DNA from: Haplodiscus bocki
Lineage: Eukaryota
NCBI GenBank assembly: GCA_965655095.1
Contig: OZ296652.1
Span: 39,680,001 to 39,744,000, forward strand
DNA: 64,000 nt
Direction: 5' to 3'
The notes under the pieces were generated by a model, which searched no databases, was not told where the DNA came from, and saw only the letters and a list, made by a program, of their open reading frames with translations. Positions 11,489 to 23,783 of this stretch are shown piece by piece (position 1 is the first letter of the stretch; each line of letters opens with the position of its first letter). Both the position numbers and the translations under genes were made by a program.

Positions 11489-14400
11489 ACCGCTTCATAA
11501 GTGGAGAGACGTGAACATGCAGAGTGTAATGAGTCTTAGGGCAAGACAAAAAACTAGTCTATTCAACTGACCAAGCAAGCTTGAAAGTGTTCCTCAACCA
11601 ATTTTGTAATTTTAACAGAGTCCGTTGGAATATGTGGACCCACTTCTCTAGCAGCGTCATGTGGTTCTGCAAATACCGGAAAAATTTTGGAGTAACAACA
11701 ATAAAAAAGTTCATGTCCAATTCTCCGTATGCAAAGCTTCCACCAAATCCTAGTTTTAGGTCCGTCTCTCGTAAAAAAATTCTATCATCCCAACAGTGAC
11801 ATCAACCTAGAAATAGGTTTTTGCGAATACTATTGTGTTCAATTGATAATTTTCTCTCCGGGTAGTATTGGAAAAACCTGCATTGAAAGCAAATAACCAG
11901 TCTGGAGGATAATTGTTTCAGTTACGAATAGTTGCTTTATCCAGTACAAAACAACTCTTGAAAAACACGTCCTTTTAACTCAAAAAACTCTTTCGTTGTG
12001 TCTAAAGCCTTTGATGTTTTGACAACTTCAGGTCAATACCAATATCTTTGAGGAACAAGTCAGCTCGGTAACGGTATACGCGATTTTTTAGTTTGTCTGT
12101 ATCTGTCTTGAACTTTACACACACTTTTCGCCTTCCAAAATAAATTGTTCATCTTAAACAAGAAAATTTCAGCCTGTGATCAGTGGTGTCAATCCCTGGT
12201 AAATATTGTTTTCCAGCTATGATTAGTGTAAGTTTATCGGGTCCAAATAATTTGTTTGTTTGTAAAGCATGATACTAAACCAGTTTTGGTTTTAGCTAGA
12301 GAAAGTTGTTCGTTTCTCCTCTGATGCTCCAACTCTTCCTAAATCGAAAAGGAAGGAAAACGATCAAGAAAAAAGGGACGCCAGTAATTTTTCAAAGACA
12401 ATACAAACGTTTTTGTTGTCATTAACTTCATCTTATACAGAAACCATTATAACGAGTAATTACAAGTACGTCAAGCTTATTGCTCACATGGACAATTTGT
12501 TGCTATGTCTATTCTTCCTTCTTTCTTGCGGATAACTGAACCTGACCTTTTGAACTATTTGAGTTGACCAAATTGCACCGCGCCATAGTCACTCATATCT
12601 TTCTTTGTGACCTTTCTTTGTGACTCATAACCTAACCTTGTGACAGAGTTTTACGTCCATGTTATTAGGCTTTTCTGGAGTCTGTATATGGAACAAAACT
12701 CGCTCTCTACCAAAATTTTTTGCTGAATTTACCAGTTAATTCTTCAATTGCACGAATTGGCTGAAATCTGATTCTCTTTCTAAAAAGGTTTTTATCGAGT
12801 TGGAAATTTTTCCTGTCATCTTTCTGAAAATTTTGAGTTTCACCTCCAGAAAGTTGGAGTCTTTTTCCGACCATCAAAATTCCTCAATTCTGCATTGACT
12901 TTTTTCAAAGTCCATGTAGTCCCTGATATCGGCAATTTCCAGCAAGCAGTATTGTTATAAACCATGGGTTCTAGTTGACGAGACAGCATGCTGGTAACTG
13001 AAACACGTGATATTATTTTGAGAACGGAAGACAAAGAAGGGTTGTGGAGCTGCAAAATTTTTTCTGCGTGCGCTTCAGTTTTGGTCGTTGTCGCGTTGTT
13101 TTTCCACCAAAAAAATAGGTTACTTCCTTTGTTGGTCTTTTCATGAGATACCTTCCTTATCTCGTAGGCTTGTACAAAAAAGACTACTTTGTTCTTCCAG
13201 ATTTTTTTTTGTGCAGAGAAGGTCTCAGCAATCCTTTAGCAACTCTAATATTGCAAAGGATGCCCTGTTTTCATTCAATTCTTTCAAAAACTATTCTATA
13301 TGTTTCCTAAAACTCATATGAAAATTAAATTGTGTGCGGAGACTACTGTTCTGACCACCGCGATGGCAATTTGTGCTTTCTCTCCAATTCGACATATCAC
13401 AATATACTGCTGGGTCATGTTGAAAAAAGGCTTCAGAAACGGAGAAACTGGATACAACATACTTCACATTTCAAAATGTAGACTGTCTTTGTACATAGTC
13501 AAATTACCGACTAAGTGGCATGTTTGTTGCCATGCGTGTAGACATTTGTGATCTGCAGGTCGCCGATCCAACAAAACAAGGAATTCGACAAAACCACCGG
13601 CCTTGCAAAGAAGACACTCTTTAGGAAAAAAAAGTACAAAAGTTTTCTCATTGGTTATGGTAGTCACAGTAGTATTTTAATAAATATTAAAAAAAAACGT
13701 TTTTTGACCGAAATTTTTCTGAATAAAATGAAGATCTGTAGATATGATGAGGTAGTGCAGATGAAGTAGCTTACACCCTATGATTGGTCCCACGACAAAA
13801 AGGAAAACAACAAGTGAACAGTTACTACCGTTCTTCGAGGAAATAAAAGTTGCAACCTTTTTCGCATTTTGTTTTAGATTAGACAATTTAATCCAAAAAC
13901 CATAGGAACAAGTTCAAATCATATTGTGTAGTCAAAGTTAAAAAGTGTCAGTTTTTGAACTAAAAAAGTCAATGATTCGCAGCTTTCAGATTTTTGTAAC
14001 GAAAGTATCATGTTCTGAAGAGAAATTTGCATTCGAAAAATCAACTTTTTACTTCGTAAACACTTCAATTTTTGTTATTTACTGTGGTTTTTCAGAAAAC
14101 GTGGTTCTGAAACGAAGCAAAAATAGAATTTGATTCAAAAAAACCTACAACCTGTTAGACTTTGAATTAAATTTTTGGATCGCGTCAGCATTTTATTCAA
14201 ATTTTCCTGATGTGCAATATTAAATTCTAAAGTAAAGCCACCAAAAAAACTTTTCACAAAGTTCTCCTCCATAACACCTTTAGCAATTGCTACCTAAAAT
14301 GTCTTTGTCAACTTCATATTTGCATTCGCTGATCAAACAAATTTTCTTGTGTTCAACTGCACATGAGTTTTCTTTTTTTGTTTTCGCCATGTTTCCCTAA

Positions 14401-14633
14401 CTTTTTCTCTTCATGAGCTTGATGTATGCAAACACCAACTGCTACTGGTGAAGTGAGTAAAAATTAAACTGAAATTGTTCTTGAGTCAAACACTTTCGAC
14501 TGGTTTTTGAAGATGACGATGATCAAATGAAACGCTTTAGTAGAATAAGTTGGCTGTTGTTTCATTGACAAGATCTTGCACGATCAGAGTCACAGAATCG
14601 GCTCCGAAATCAGGCGTCAGGCGTTAACTAGAT

Positions 14634-14654
14634 ACCTCTGTTGAAAACAGAGGT
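14634..14654. other. Perfect 9-bp inverted repeat with GAA loop
   Basis: ACCTCTGTT-GAA-AACAGAGGT, 35 bp upstream of the ATG at 14689. Confidence 0.8.
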
Positions 14655-14688
14655 CATGCTGCGTGAAAGGAAGTTAAAATAGTATAAA

Positions 14689-15190
14689 ATGGAGAAAAAT
14701 GAAACTCTGGCTCTTTTTATCAAAGAATGGAAACCCGCTACGACTTTGGCTTAATTGGGTTGAAATTTAGATTTAGGTTGTTATTGGCACAGGTTCCGAA
14801 GTGCCTGATTGTGTTTGGTGGCGAAAATACTTCCAAAAAGAAGATGCTTTTTCTTTCACGTAGTTTTGCTTCGTCTCCTTTGGAAAACACTCTGTACGAG
14901 TCTATCAAACAAGACCATCGTCGGCTTTCTTTCAGTAAAAAATGTACAAAACTTTAAATCACGCTTTGCATTGCAGACATTCAAGACAGCTTTTTGATCG
15001 TTTTCTTCCCGTATTTAAACAAGGAGACATCAATATCTGCGACAATACTACCCAGGACATTTGGAATTTCCAACAAAGTCTGTATTCGATTTTTGTGCTT
15101 GTATAAAAATGTAAGTAACCTGGTTAAATTTCAGCAGATACTGGCTTGTTTGATTCTGGAAGCGGCCAATACGCACCCGGCACCATGTGA
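14689..15190 (+). pseudogene. Decayed ORF directly abutting the satellite array
   Basis: Reads MEKNETLALFIKEWKPATTLA*LG*NLDLGCYWHRFRSA*LCLVAKILPKRRCFFF..., in frame with ORF 14809-14997. It continues after a frameshift as ...RRHQYLRQYYPGHLEFPTK. Confidence 0.35.
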
Positions 15191-18100
15191 ACGCACATTT
15201 TTTAGGTAGTGTGTGTTAATCTTTTGGTCGCATATTTTGACTGGGTCTCCGACGTGGTCACTCCATTTTCTGACTAGCAGCTCTTTTTATGGGTATGTGA
15301 CTAGTCTTTTTCCAAGGTTTTTCCATATTTGAGATAATATAAAGTGTAACACCTGCTACATCTTCTTGAGCCATATTATGTTTTTTAAAAAGACAGTAAA
15401 GTTGTTTCAATCTTTAGGTTCAATTCGGATTAACCTGATACACAATTGATTCTAAAATGCCCTCCTTCAATCCCACCGAAAAAATAACTTGTGACAGTTG
15501 TGATACCCAAACCACAAGGAGCCATAGTGGCTCAGGAAAAAGGTCTTCCTGGATCCCTTACATGTCTTTCTTGTACCACGTTCTCAACAAAGTGTCGAGT
15601 TGAAACGATTTATTACATTACCAGGAAAATTTCTCCAGCAATTGCTAGAGCCGTGGTAATTACCGCAAAAAGTAATGTTGACATTTTCTGTAGGTTTCAA
15701 ATGGTTAGAGTCTCGTTCAAACCTTTCAACAATAAAACATTTTTCAGTTTTTTTGGAAATGGATTGATAGAGAAAAAATCATGGGAAAAAATGCATTTTT
15801 GAATATATTAAAAACGGAACGACAAATGCAATTGTCTGTTTGATAGTTCAATGATTTGTTTACATCAATGAGAAAAGACCTTGCTTTGTGATTCGGTAGA
15901 CCTCATTTTTGGGTATCGGCAGTCGAGTCTGTGACATTTTGCCAGCTTGAGGAAGCGTTTTGAGAAATTCAAGCAAATTGCAGAATGAGGTACCAAGTTC
16001 TTGTTCGGAGATATTTACTTCTCTTCCAAGAGATAACGCTGCTTTGTTTTCAAACCTCAAAAAAAAAATTTGTTTCTAGAAGATGTTCTATTGCGGCCTT
16101 TGCTAACTCGTGCTGTTCGAAGCTGGGACTTGGAAATTTCAACTATAATGTTGTTAAAAAAGTATACACATCCAAGTGACGCAAAACTTTGTTGTAACTG
16201 TTGGTAAAAAGATAAAGTTTGCACTAAGTGGGAATTGTTTTTTCGACAGCCAACATATGTTTTCAGTCAGTAATATCTGCAACTCTGTTTTTTGGAGGTA
16301 TAATTGTGAAAACAATGCGTCTAGACTCTGGCTTCCAGCCTTCCAGCGATAACAACGCTTTTCTTTTGACCAATCGCTTTCTAACGTCTGACTTTCAACA
16401 GCATACTGTGACATTATGGCATAATGATTGAGAAAAAGGATAGTTAACTAAACCACTAGAAGAACATACGTCAACAATTCCACGAATCGGAAGTTTTTAA
16501 ACAATTAACCACGCAATGTGTGTTATTCTCGTTTTTTTGTGGAACTCTTCGGATTGGCAGTTGAACCTAATTTAAACATGATAACCAAAATCTAACTCTC
16601 ACATAAACTGTCTCCCTATCATTGAAACTTGTTCCATTAGTGCGTGTTTCTCCGACAACTTGTCGCTCTACCGCAAGATCTTTTTTCAACTTGAACAAAA
16701 TCGCAGACTTTCTGTTTTCTTAGCAAGAAAAAAGGTTTCATTTGAGTGGTCTTCTCAGCCACTCTGTCGCCATATGGCAGCATCAATTTCCACCTGATTA
16801 ATTTCATCAAACAGACTGTCACTTTATGCAAGTTCTACTTGCTTAATTTTCCCTCAGAAAAACAAAGAACAGAAATGTGGCTCAAAAATTTGATAGAGAA
16901 TAACCTCACAAAATTTGTGCTAGAACTTCACTTGTGTATGAACTTTGGGGAAGCAACGTGGTCAATTCAATTTGCGAGTAGAATTAATGATTGAAATCGT
17001 AATCGTGAATACGGGACCAAACATTTTGTATCTGCTCATGTGAGCCTGGCTTTTATTTAAAGTCTCCAAAACATAGTGAATGTGAATTGAACATAACTTT
17101 TCGTCGATGGTAGTGTGTTCCGTATAACTCGAGAGCAATAAAAAAAACTAGCCCTAACAATCTCTACAGAACAACTTTAAACAGTTTGTGATAAAGTTTC
17201 GGTCGCGTATCATTTTGGGGCGCCAAGATGGTCACTCCAACTTCAGACTAACAGCCCTTTTTTTATCGGTATGTGATCAGTAATTCTTTTTATGGTATTT
17301 CCACATCTGAGATAAAATAAATTATGACAGTTGTAACATATATTTGCCCATTATTCCTCTTTTTAAGCTATAGTCAAGGTGCTCCGACCTTTTGATTAAC
17401 TTCAGATTGTTTCGTTACGCTATTGATTCTGAAATTCCCACTCTCGGTCGCACCAAAAAAATTGCTCGTGTTAGTTGTGGTACTCAAACCACAAGAAGCC
17501 ATTTTGGCTCACAAAAGACATTCTGCTGGATCACTTACTTGTCTTCCTGGTACCAATTTCTCAACAGAGTTTCAATTTGAATTGAAATATCACATTACCA
17601 ACAAAATTTCACTAGCCAAAGCCAGAGCGGTGGTAAAAATCGCGATAGAAAATGTTGAATTTATCTGTAAAGTAGAAGTGATTAACCTGTAGTTCAAACT
17701 TTTCAAGGAAAAAGGTGCAATTTTCAAAATTCTGAAAAAGAAATGATGAACGCATTTGTCTGTTTGATAGTTAAATGATTTGTTTATAGCAATGATAAAA
17801 GACCTTGTTTTGTGATTCAGTAGATCGAATCTCATTTCTGGGTTTCGGCAGTCGAACCTTTGACATTTTGCCGGCTTGAGGAAACGTTTTTAGAAATTCA
17901 AGCAAACTATGGAGTGAGGAACCAAATTCTTGTTCGGCGATGAACACTTCTGTTTCAAGAGATAAGGCTACTTTGTCTTCAAAACTCAAAAATAGAAAAA
18001 ATGTTTCTAGAAAGCGTTCTGTGGCGGCCTTCGCTAAATCATGCTATTCGATGCCGGGACTTGGAAATGTCAAAAACAAGGTTGTATAATCATCTTTATA

Positions 18101-21100
18101 CGTCCAACTGTCCCAAAGTTTTCCTTGTAACTGTTCGTAAAATGATACAGTTTGCACTAACTGGGAAGTGTTTGTTCGACAGCCAACAATAGTTTCCAAT
18201 CAATAATTTCCGCAAAAATTGTTTTTTGGGTGCATAATAGTGAAAGCAATGCGTTTGAATAAACAATGCGACTTCCAGCCTTCCAGTGACGGCAACGCTT
18301 TTCTTTTGACCAATCGTTTTTACACGTCTGACTTTTAACAGTAAATTGCGAAACTGTGGCACGATGATTGAGAGGAAAATGTTAATTAAGTCACTAGTAG
18401 AAAATACATCGAAAAATCCATGAAACAGAACTCTTCAACAAACAACTTCACAATCTGTGCTAGTTTCGATATTTTTTCTATTTGTAGAAGTCCTTCTGAT
18501 TGGCAGTTGAATCTAAATTAAAAGTGATAACCAAAATCTAAATCTCCCACAAGCTGTCTCCCTATCAGGGAAACTTGTTCCAATTGTGCGTCTTTGTCCA
18601 ACAAATTGTCACCCTACAGCAGGATCCTTTTTCTACTTGAAAATTTTTCGAGACTACCTGTATTCTGTCTTCCTAGCAAAGGAAAATGTTTCATGTGAGT
18701 GGTATTCTCAGCCACTCTGTCGCCATATGGCAACATCATATATCTACTTGATTATTTTCATCAAACCAACTGTCTCTTTATGCAAGTTCTACTTGCTTAA
18801 TTTTCCCCCAGAAAAACAAAAAACAAAATTGTGGCTCAAACATTCATAGAGAACAACCTCACAAACTTTGTGCTAGAATCTCACTTGTTTCTGATTTTTG
18901 GGGAAGCAACATGGTCAATTTAACTTGCGAGTAGAACTACTGATTGAAAACCTCAATGTGGTTATGTGACCAAATTTTGTGCATCTGCTCATGTGAACCT
19001 GGCTTTTAACTGTTCGTAAAAGATTACAATTTTTCTTTGAGCCAATATCTCTCTTGTAAATCTACAGTCAATGTGCTCCGATCTTTAGATTAGTTTTCAA
19101 ATGTTTCGTTACACCATTCTTTCTGAAATGCCCTCTGTCGGTCGCTACGAAGAAATTAATTGTGACAGTTGTGGTTACCAAACCACAAGAAGCCATGTTG
19201 GCTCGCTAAAGACATTCTGCTGGATCCCTTACTTGTCCCTCTTATACCAACTTCTCAACAGAGTTTCAAGTTGAATTGGAATATCACCTTGCCAACAAAC
19301 TTTCACCAGCAAATGCTAGAGCTGTAATAATTTTGGCAATAGAAATTGTAAAAAATTTCTGTAAGTGTGAACTGATTAACCTGTAGTTCAAAATTTGCAA
19401 GGGAAAAAATGCATTTTGGAATATTTTGAAAAAAGAATGATGAGCGCATTTGTCTGTTTCATAGTTAAATGATTTGTCTATAGCAATGTAAAAAGACATT
19501 GTTTTGTGATTGGGTAGATCCAATCTCATTTTTGGGTTCCGGCAGTCGAACCTCTGATATTTTGCCGGCTTGAGGAAACGTCTTGAAAAATTCAAGCGAA
19601 TTGTGGAGTGAGGAACCAATTTCTTGATCGGCGATTTTCACTTCTGTTTCAAGGGATAACGCTGCTTTGTCTTCAAACTTCAAGAAAGGAAATTTTTGTT
19701 TCTAGAAAATGATGTTCTATTGCGGCCTTTGCTAACTCGTGCTGTTCTAAGCCGGGACTTGGAAATGTCGAAAATAATGTTGTTAGAATAACTATCTACG
19801 TCCAACTATCCCAAAATTTTTTGGTAACTGTTGGTAAAATGGTAGACTTTGAGCTAACTGGGAAATGTTTTTCCGACAGCCGACAATTTCTTTCAGTCAG
19901 TAATTTCTGCATTTTTTTTGGAGGTATAATCGTGAAAACTATGCGTCTGGATGAAAACTCTGACTTCCAGCCTTCCAGTTTTAACAACACTTTTCTTTGG
20001 GCCAATCGCTTTTAAGCGTCTCACTTTTAAAAGTATACTGTGAAACTATGGTAATATTGATACCATAATGATTGAGATGAAGAATAGATGACTAAACCAA
20101 TAGAAGAACATACGTAAACAATTCCACGAATCAGAAGTTTTTAAACAATTAACTGCGCAATGTGCGTTATTCTCGTTTTTTTGTGGAACTCTTCTGATTG
20201 GCAGTTAAATCTAATTTAAACATGATAACCAAAATCTAACTCTCACACAAACTGTCTCCCTATCAAGGGAACTTGTTCCATTGGTGCGTTCTTCTCCGAC
20301 AACTTGTCGCCCTACCGCAGGATCCATTTCTACTTGAAGAAAATTGGAGACTACCTGTTTTGTTACCAAAGGAAAGTGTTTCATGTGAGTGGTCTTCTCG
20401 GCCACTCTGTCGCCATATGGCAGTATCTAATTTCTACTTGAATAAATTCATCAAACAGACTGTCTCTTAATGCAAGTTCTACTTGCTTATTTTTCCCTCA
20501 GAAAAACAAAGAACAAAAGTGTGGCTCAAAAGTCTGATAGAGAACAACCTCACAAAGTTTGTGTCAGAATTTCACTTGTGTATGAACTTTGGGGAAGCAA
20601 CGCGGTCAATTCAACTTGCGAGTGGAAATATTGATGGAAAACCTCACCGCGCTTATGGGACCAAATCTTGTGTATCTGCTCATGTGAACCTGGCTTTTAT
20701 TTAAAGTCTCCAAAATATAGTGAATGTGAAATGAACATAACTTTTGTCGCTGGTAGTGTTTTCCGTATAAAGCGAGAGCAATAGAAAAAACTAGCTCTAA
20801 CAACCAATACAGAACAATTTTAAATAGTTTTTGATAAATTTTCGGTCGCGTATCATTTTGGAGCACCAACGTGGTCCCTCCAACTTCAGACCAACAGAGA
20901 TTTTTGTGGGTATGTGACCAGTATTTTGTTCCGTGGTATTTCCACATTTGAGATAATGCAAAGTGTAGCAGTTGCTACATATCTTTGAGCCAATATCTCT
21001 CTTCTAAAGCTACAGTCAAGGTGCTCCGATCTTTAGATTATTTTCAGGTTGTTTCGTTACACTTTTGATTCTGAAATGCCCTCTCTCGGTCGGACCGAAA

Positions 21101-22007
21101 AAAAATACTTGTGACAGTTGTGGTACCCAAACAACAAGAAGCCATTTTGGCTCACAATAGAATTTCTGATGGATCCCTTATTTGTCCGTCTGGTACCAAT
21201 TTCTCAACAGAGTTTCAAGTTCATTTAGAATATCACATTGCCAACAAACTTTCACCAGCAAATGCTAGAGCTGTAGTATTTTTCGCGATCGAAAATTTTA
21301 AAATTTTCTGTAAGTTTGAATTGATCAACCTGTAGTACAAACTTTTCAAGAGAAAAAATGCAATTTTGATTAAATTGAAAAAGGAATGATAAACGCCTTT
21401 GTGTGTTTGATAGTTCAATGATTTCTTTAAAGCAATGAGAAAGAACTTTGTTTTGTGGTTCGGTAGATCCAATGTCGTTTTCGTATTTCGGCGGTCGAAG
21501 CTTAGATGTTTTGTCAGCTTGATAAAACGTATTGAAAAAATCAAGCAAATCGCGGAGTGAGGAACCAAGTTCTTGTTTGGAGAAACTTACATCTGTTACA
21601 GGACATAAGCTGCTTTACCTTCAAATCTGAAAAATTTAAAAACTTTTCTATAGAAGGCGTTCTGTTGCGGCCTTCGCTAAGTCATGCTGTCCGATGCCGG
21701 GACTACAAAATGTCAAAAACGATGTTGTAAAAATAACTTTGTACGTCAAAATGTCCCAAAGTTTATTGTAACTGTTGGTAAAAAGATGCAACTTGCACTC
21801 AGTGGGAAGTGTTTGTTCTACTGCGAAAAATAGCTTCCAATCAGTAATTTCTGCAAAAATTGTTTTTTGGATTCATATTCGTGAAAGCAATGCGTTTGAA
21901 TAAACAAGGCGACTTCCAGCGTTCCAGTCGAATCAATCGGATTAACTTCAGATTGTTTCGTTACACTATTGATTCTGAAATGCCCTCTCTCGGTCGGACC
22001 GAAAAAA

Positions 22008-22625
22008 TCAAATGTCACAGTTGTGGCATTCAGACCACAAGGAGCCATTCTGGCTCAGAAAAGACATTCTGCTTGATCCCTTACTTCTCCTTCTGGTACC
22101 AGTTTCCCAAGAGAGTTTCATTTTGAATTGAAAGATAAAAAGGCCCACAAATTTTTGCCAGCAAATGCTAGAGCTGTGGTACTTTTTGCGATGGAAAATG
22201 TAAGAATTTTCTGTGAGTTTGAATTGATCAATCTGCAGTACAAACTTTTCAAGGGGAAAAATGCAAGTTTGAATATTTTGAAATTGGTGTGATAAACGCA
22301 TTTGTGTGTTTAATAGTTCAGTGATTTGTTTAATGCAATGAGGACGGACCTTGTTTTGTGATTTGGTATATCCAATGTCGTTTTCGGGTTTCGGCAGTCG
22401 AAGCTTAGTTGTTTTGTCAGCTTGATAAAACGTTTTGAGAACGTCAAGCAAATCGTGGAGTGAGGAACCGGGTTTTTGTTTGGAGGTATTTACTTCTGTT
22501 ACAAGAGATAATGCTGCCTTACTTTCAAAATTCAAAAACGGAAACACTTGTTTCTGGAAGGCGTTCGTTGCGGCCTTCGCTAAATCATGCGATTCGATGC
22601 CGGGACTTGGAAAGGTCAAAAACAA
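22008..22625 (-). pseudogene. Longest open stretch (205 aa) of the monomer's minus-strand gene relic; possibly a PC4/Whirly-like ssDNA-binding fold
   Basis: The same frame (TEVNISEQELxSSLxxLLxxLKTF...PKPENDIGxTxSQ...QMRLS...CIFSxEKFxLQxxQFKLTE) recurs in almost every full monomer but is broken at different positions. The fold guess comes only from the strand-strand-helix ISxxELxxL pattern. Confidence 0.4.
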
Positions 22626-23360
22626 TGTTGTAAAAATAACTTTATACGTCCAACTGTCCCAAAGTCTTTTTGTAACTGTTCATGAACTGATACCATTTGC
22701 ACTAACTGGGAAGTGTTTGTTCGATAGCCAACAATAGTTTCCAATCGCTAATTTCGGCAAAAAATGTTTTTTGGATGCATAATCGTGAAAGCAATGCGTT
22801 TGGATAAACAACGCGACTTCCAGCCTTCCAGTAACGGCAACGCTTTTCTTCGGACCAATGGTTTTTACACGTCTCACTTTTAACAGTAAACTGCGAAACC
22901 GTGGCATGATGATTGAGAGGAAAAGGGTTAACTAGGTCACTAGAAGAAGACACATCAACAATTCCATGAATCAGAATTTTTCAACAATCAACTTCACCAT
23001 CCATGCTGTATTCGATATTTGTTCTCTTTGTAGAAATACTGCTAATTGGCAGTTGAATTTAAATTAGACAAGATAACCAAAATCTAAATCTCCCACAAGC
23101 TGTCACCCTATCAGGAGAACTTGTTCCAATTAGGCGTTTTTCTCCAACAAATTGTCACCCTACCGCATGATATTTTTCTACTAGAAAATATTTCGAGACT
23201 ACCTGTATTCTGACTTCTTAGCAAGGGTAATTGTTTCATGTGAGTGGTCATCTCAGCCACTCTGTCGCCTCATGGCTACATCAATTTTCTACCTGATAAT
23301 CTTCATGAAACAGACGGTCTCTTTATGCAAGTTCTATTTGCTTAATTTCCCCTCAGAAAA

Positions 23361-23783
23361 AGAACAAAAATGTGGCTCAAACTTTTGGTAGAGAACAACC
23401 TCACAAAGTTTGTGCTAAAATTTCACTTGTGTATGAACTTTGGGGAAGCAACATGGTCAATTTAACTTGCGAGTAGAAAGAATGATTGAAAACCTCAATG
23501 TGGTTATGTGACTAATTTTTGTGTATCTGCTCATGTGAACCTGGCTTTTAATTAAAGTATCCAAAACATAGTGAATGTGAAATGAACATAAAATTTTATC
23601 GATGGTAGTGTTTTTTGTATAAAACCGGAGCAATACGAAAACTAGCTCCAACAGTCGATAGAGAACAACTTAAAGTAGTTTGTGATAAAGTTTCGATCGC
23701 TTATCAACTATGGGGCGCCAACGTGGTCATTCCAAATTCAGACTAACAGCGCTTTTTTATGGGTATGTGACCAGTATTTTGTT
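23361..23783. repeat. Representative internal diverged direct repeat (~160 bp x2, 270-bp offset) present in each full monomer
   Basis: 23361-23523 versus 23631-23783: tagagaacaac at 23389/23659, tatgaactttggggaagcaacatggtca versus tatcaactatggggcgccaacgtggtca, and ggttatgtgac versus gggtatgtgac. Confidence 0.85.

Larger units (their letters stand above)
9600..15200. mobile_element. Block of decayed, intronless gene relics consistent with a Polinton/Maverick-like or endogenous DNA-virus element
   Basis: Closely packed protein-like frames broken by stops and frameshifts (9830-10316 -, 11070-11488 -, ~11580-11770 -, 13464-13886 -, 14689-15190 +). I did not recognise a pPolB, integrase or capsid motif, so the class is inferred. 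Confidence 0.35.

Noticed and set aside
12599-12624. 13-bp tandem duplication CTTTCTTTGTGAC x2 with an adjacent TGACTCA
   Set aside because: Ordinary slippage-scale duplication; the AP-1-like motif is expected by chance.
13900-14260. AT-rich stretch that might be a decayed terminal or minisatellite repeat
   Set aside because: I could not demonstrate a period or a partner inverted repeat within the window.
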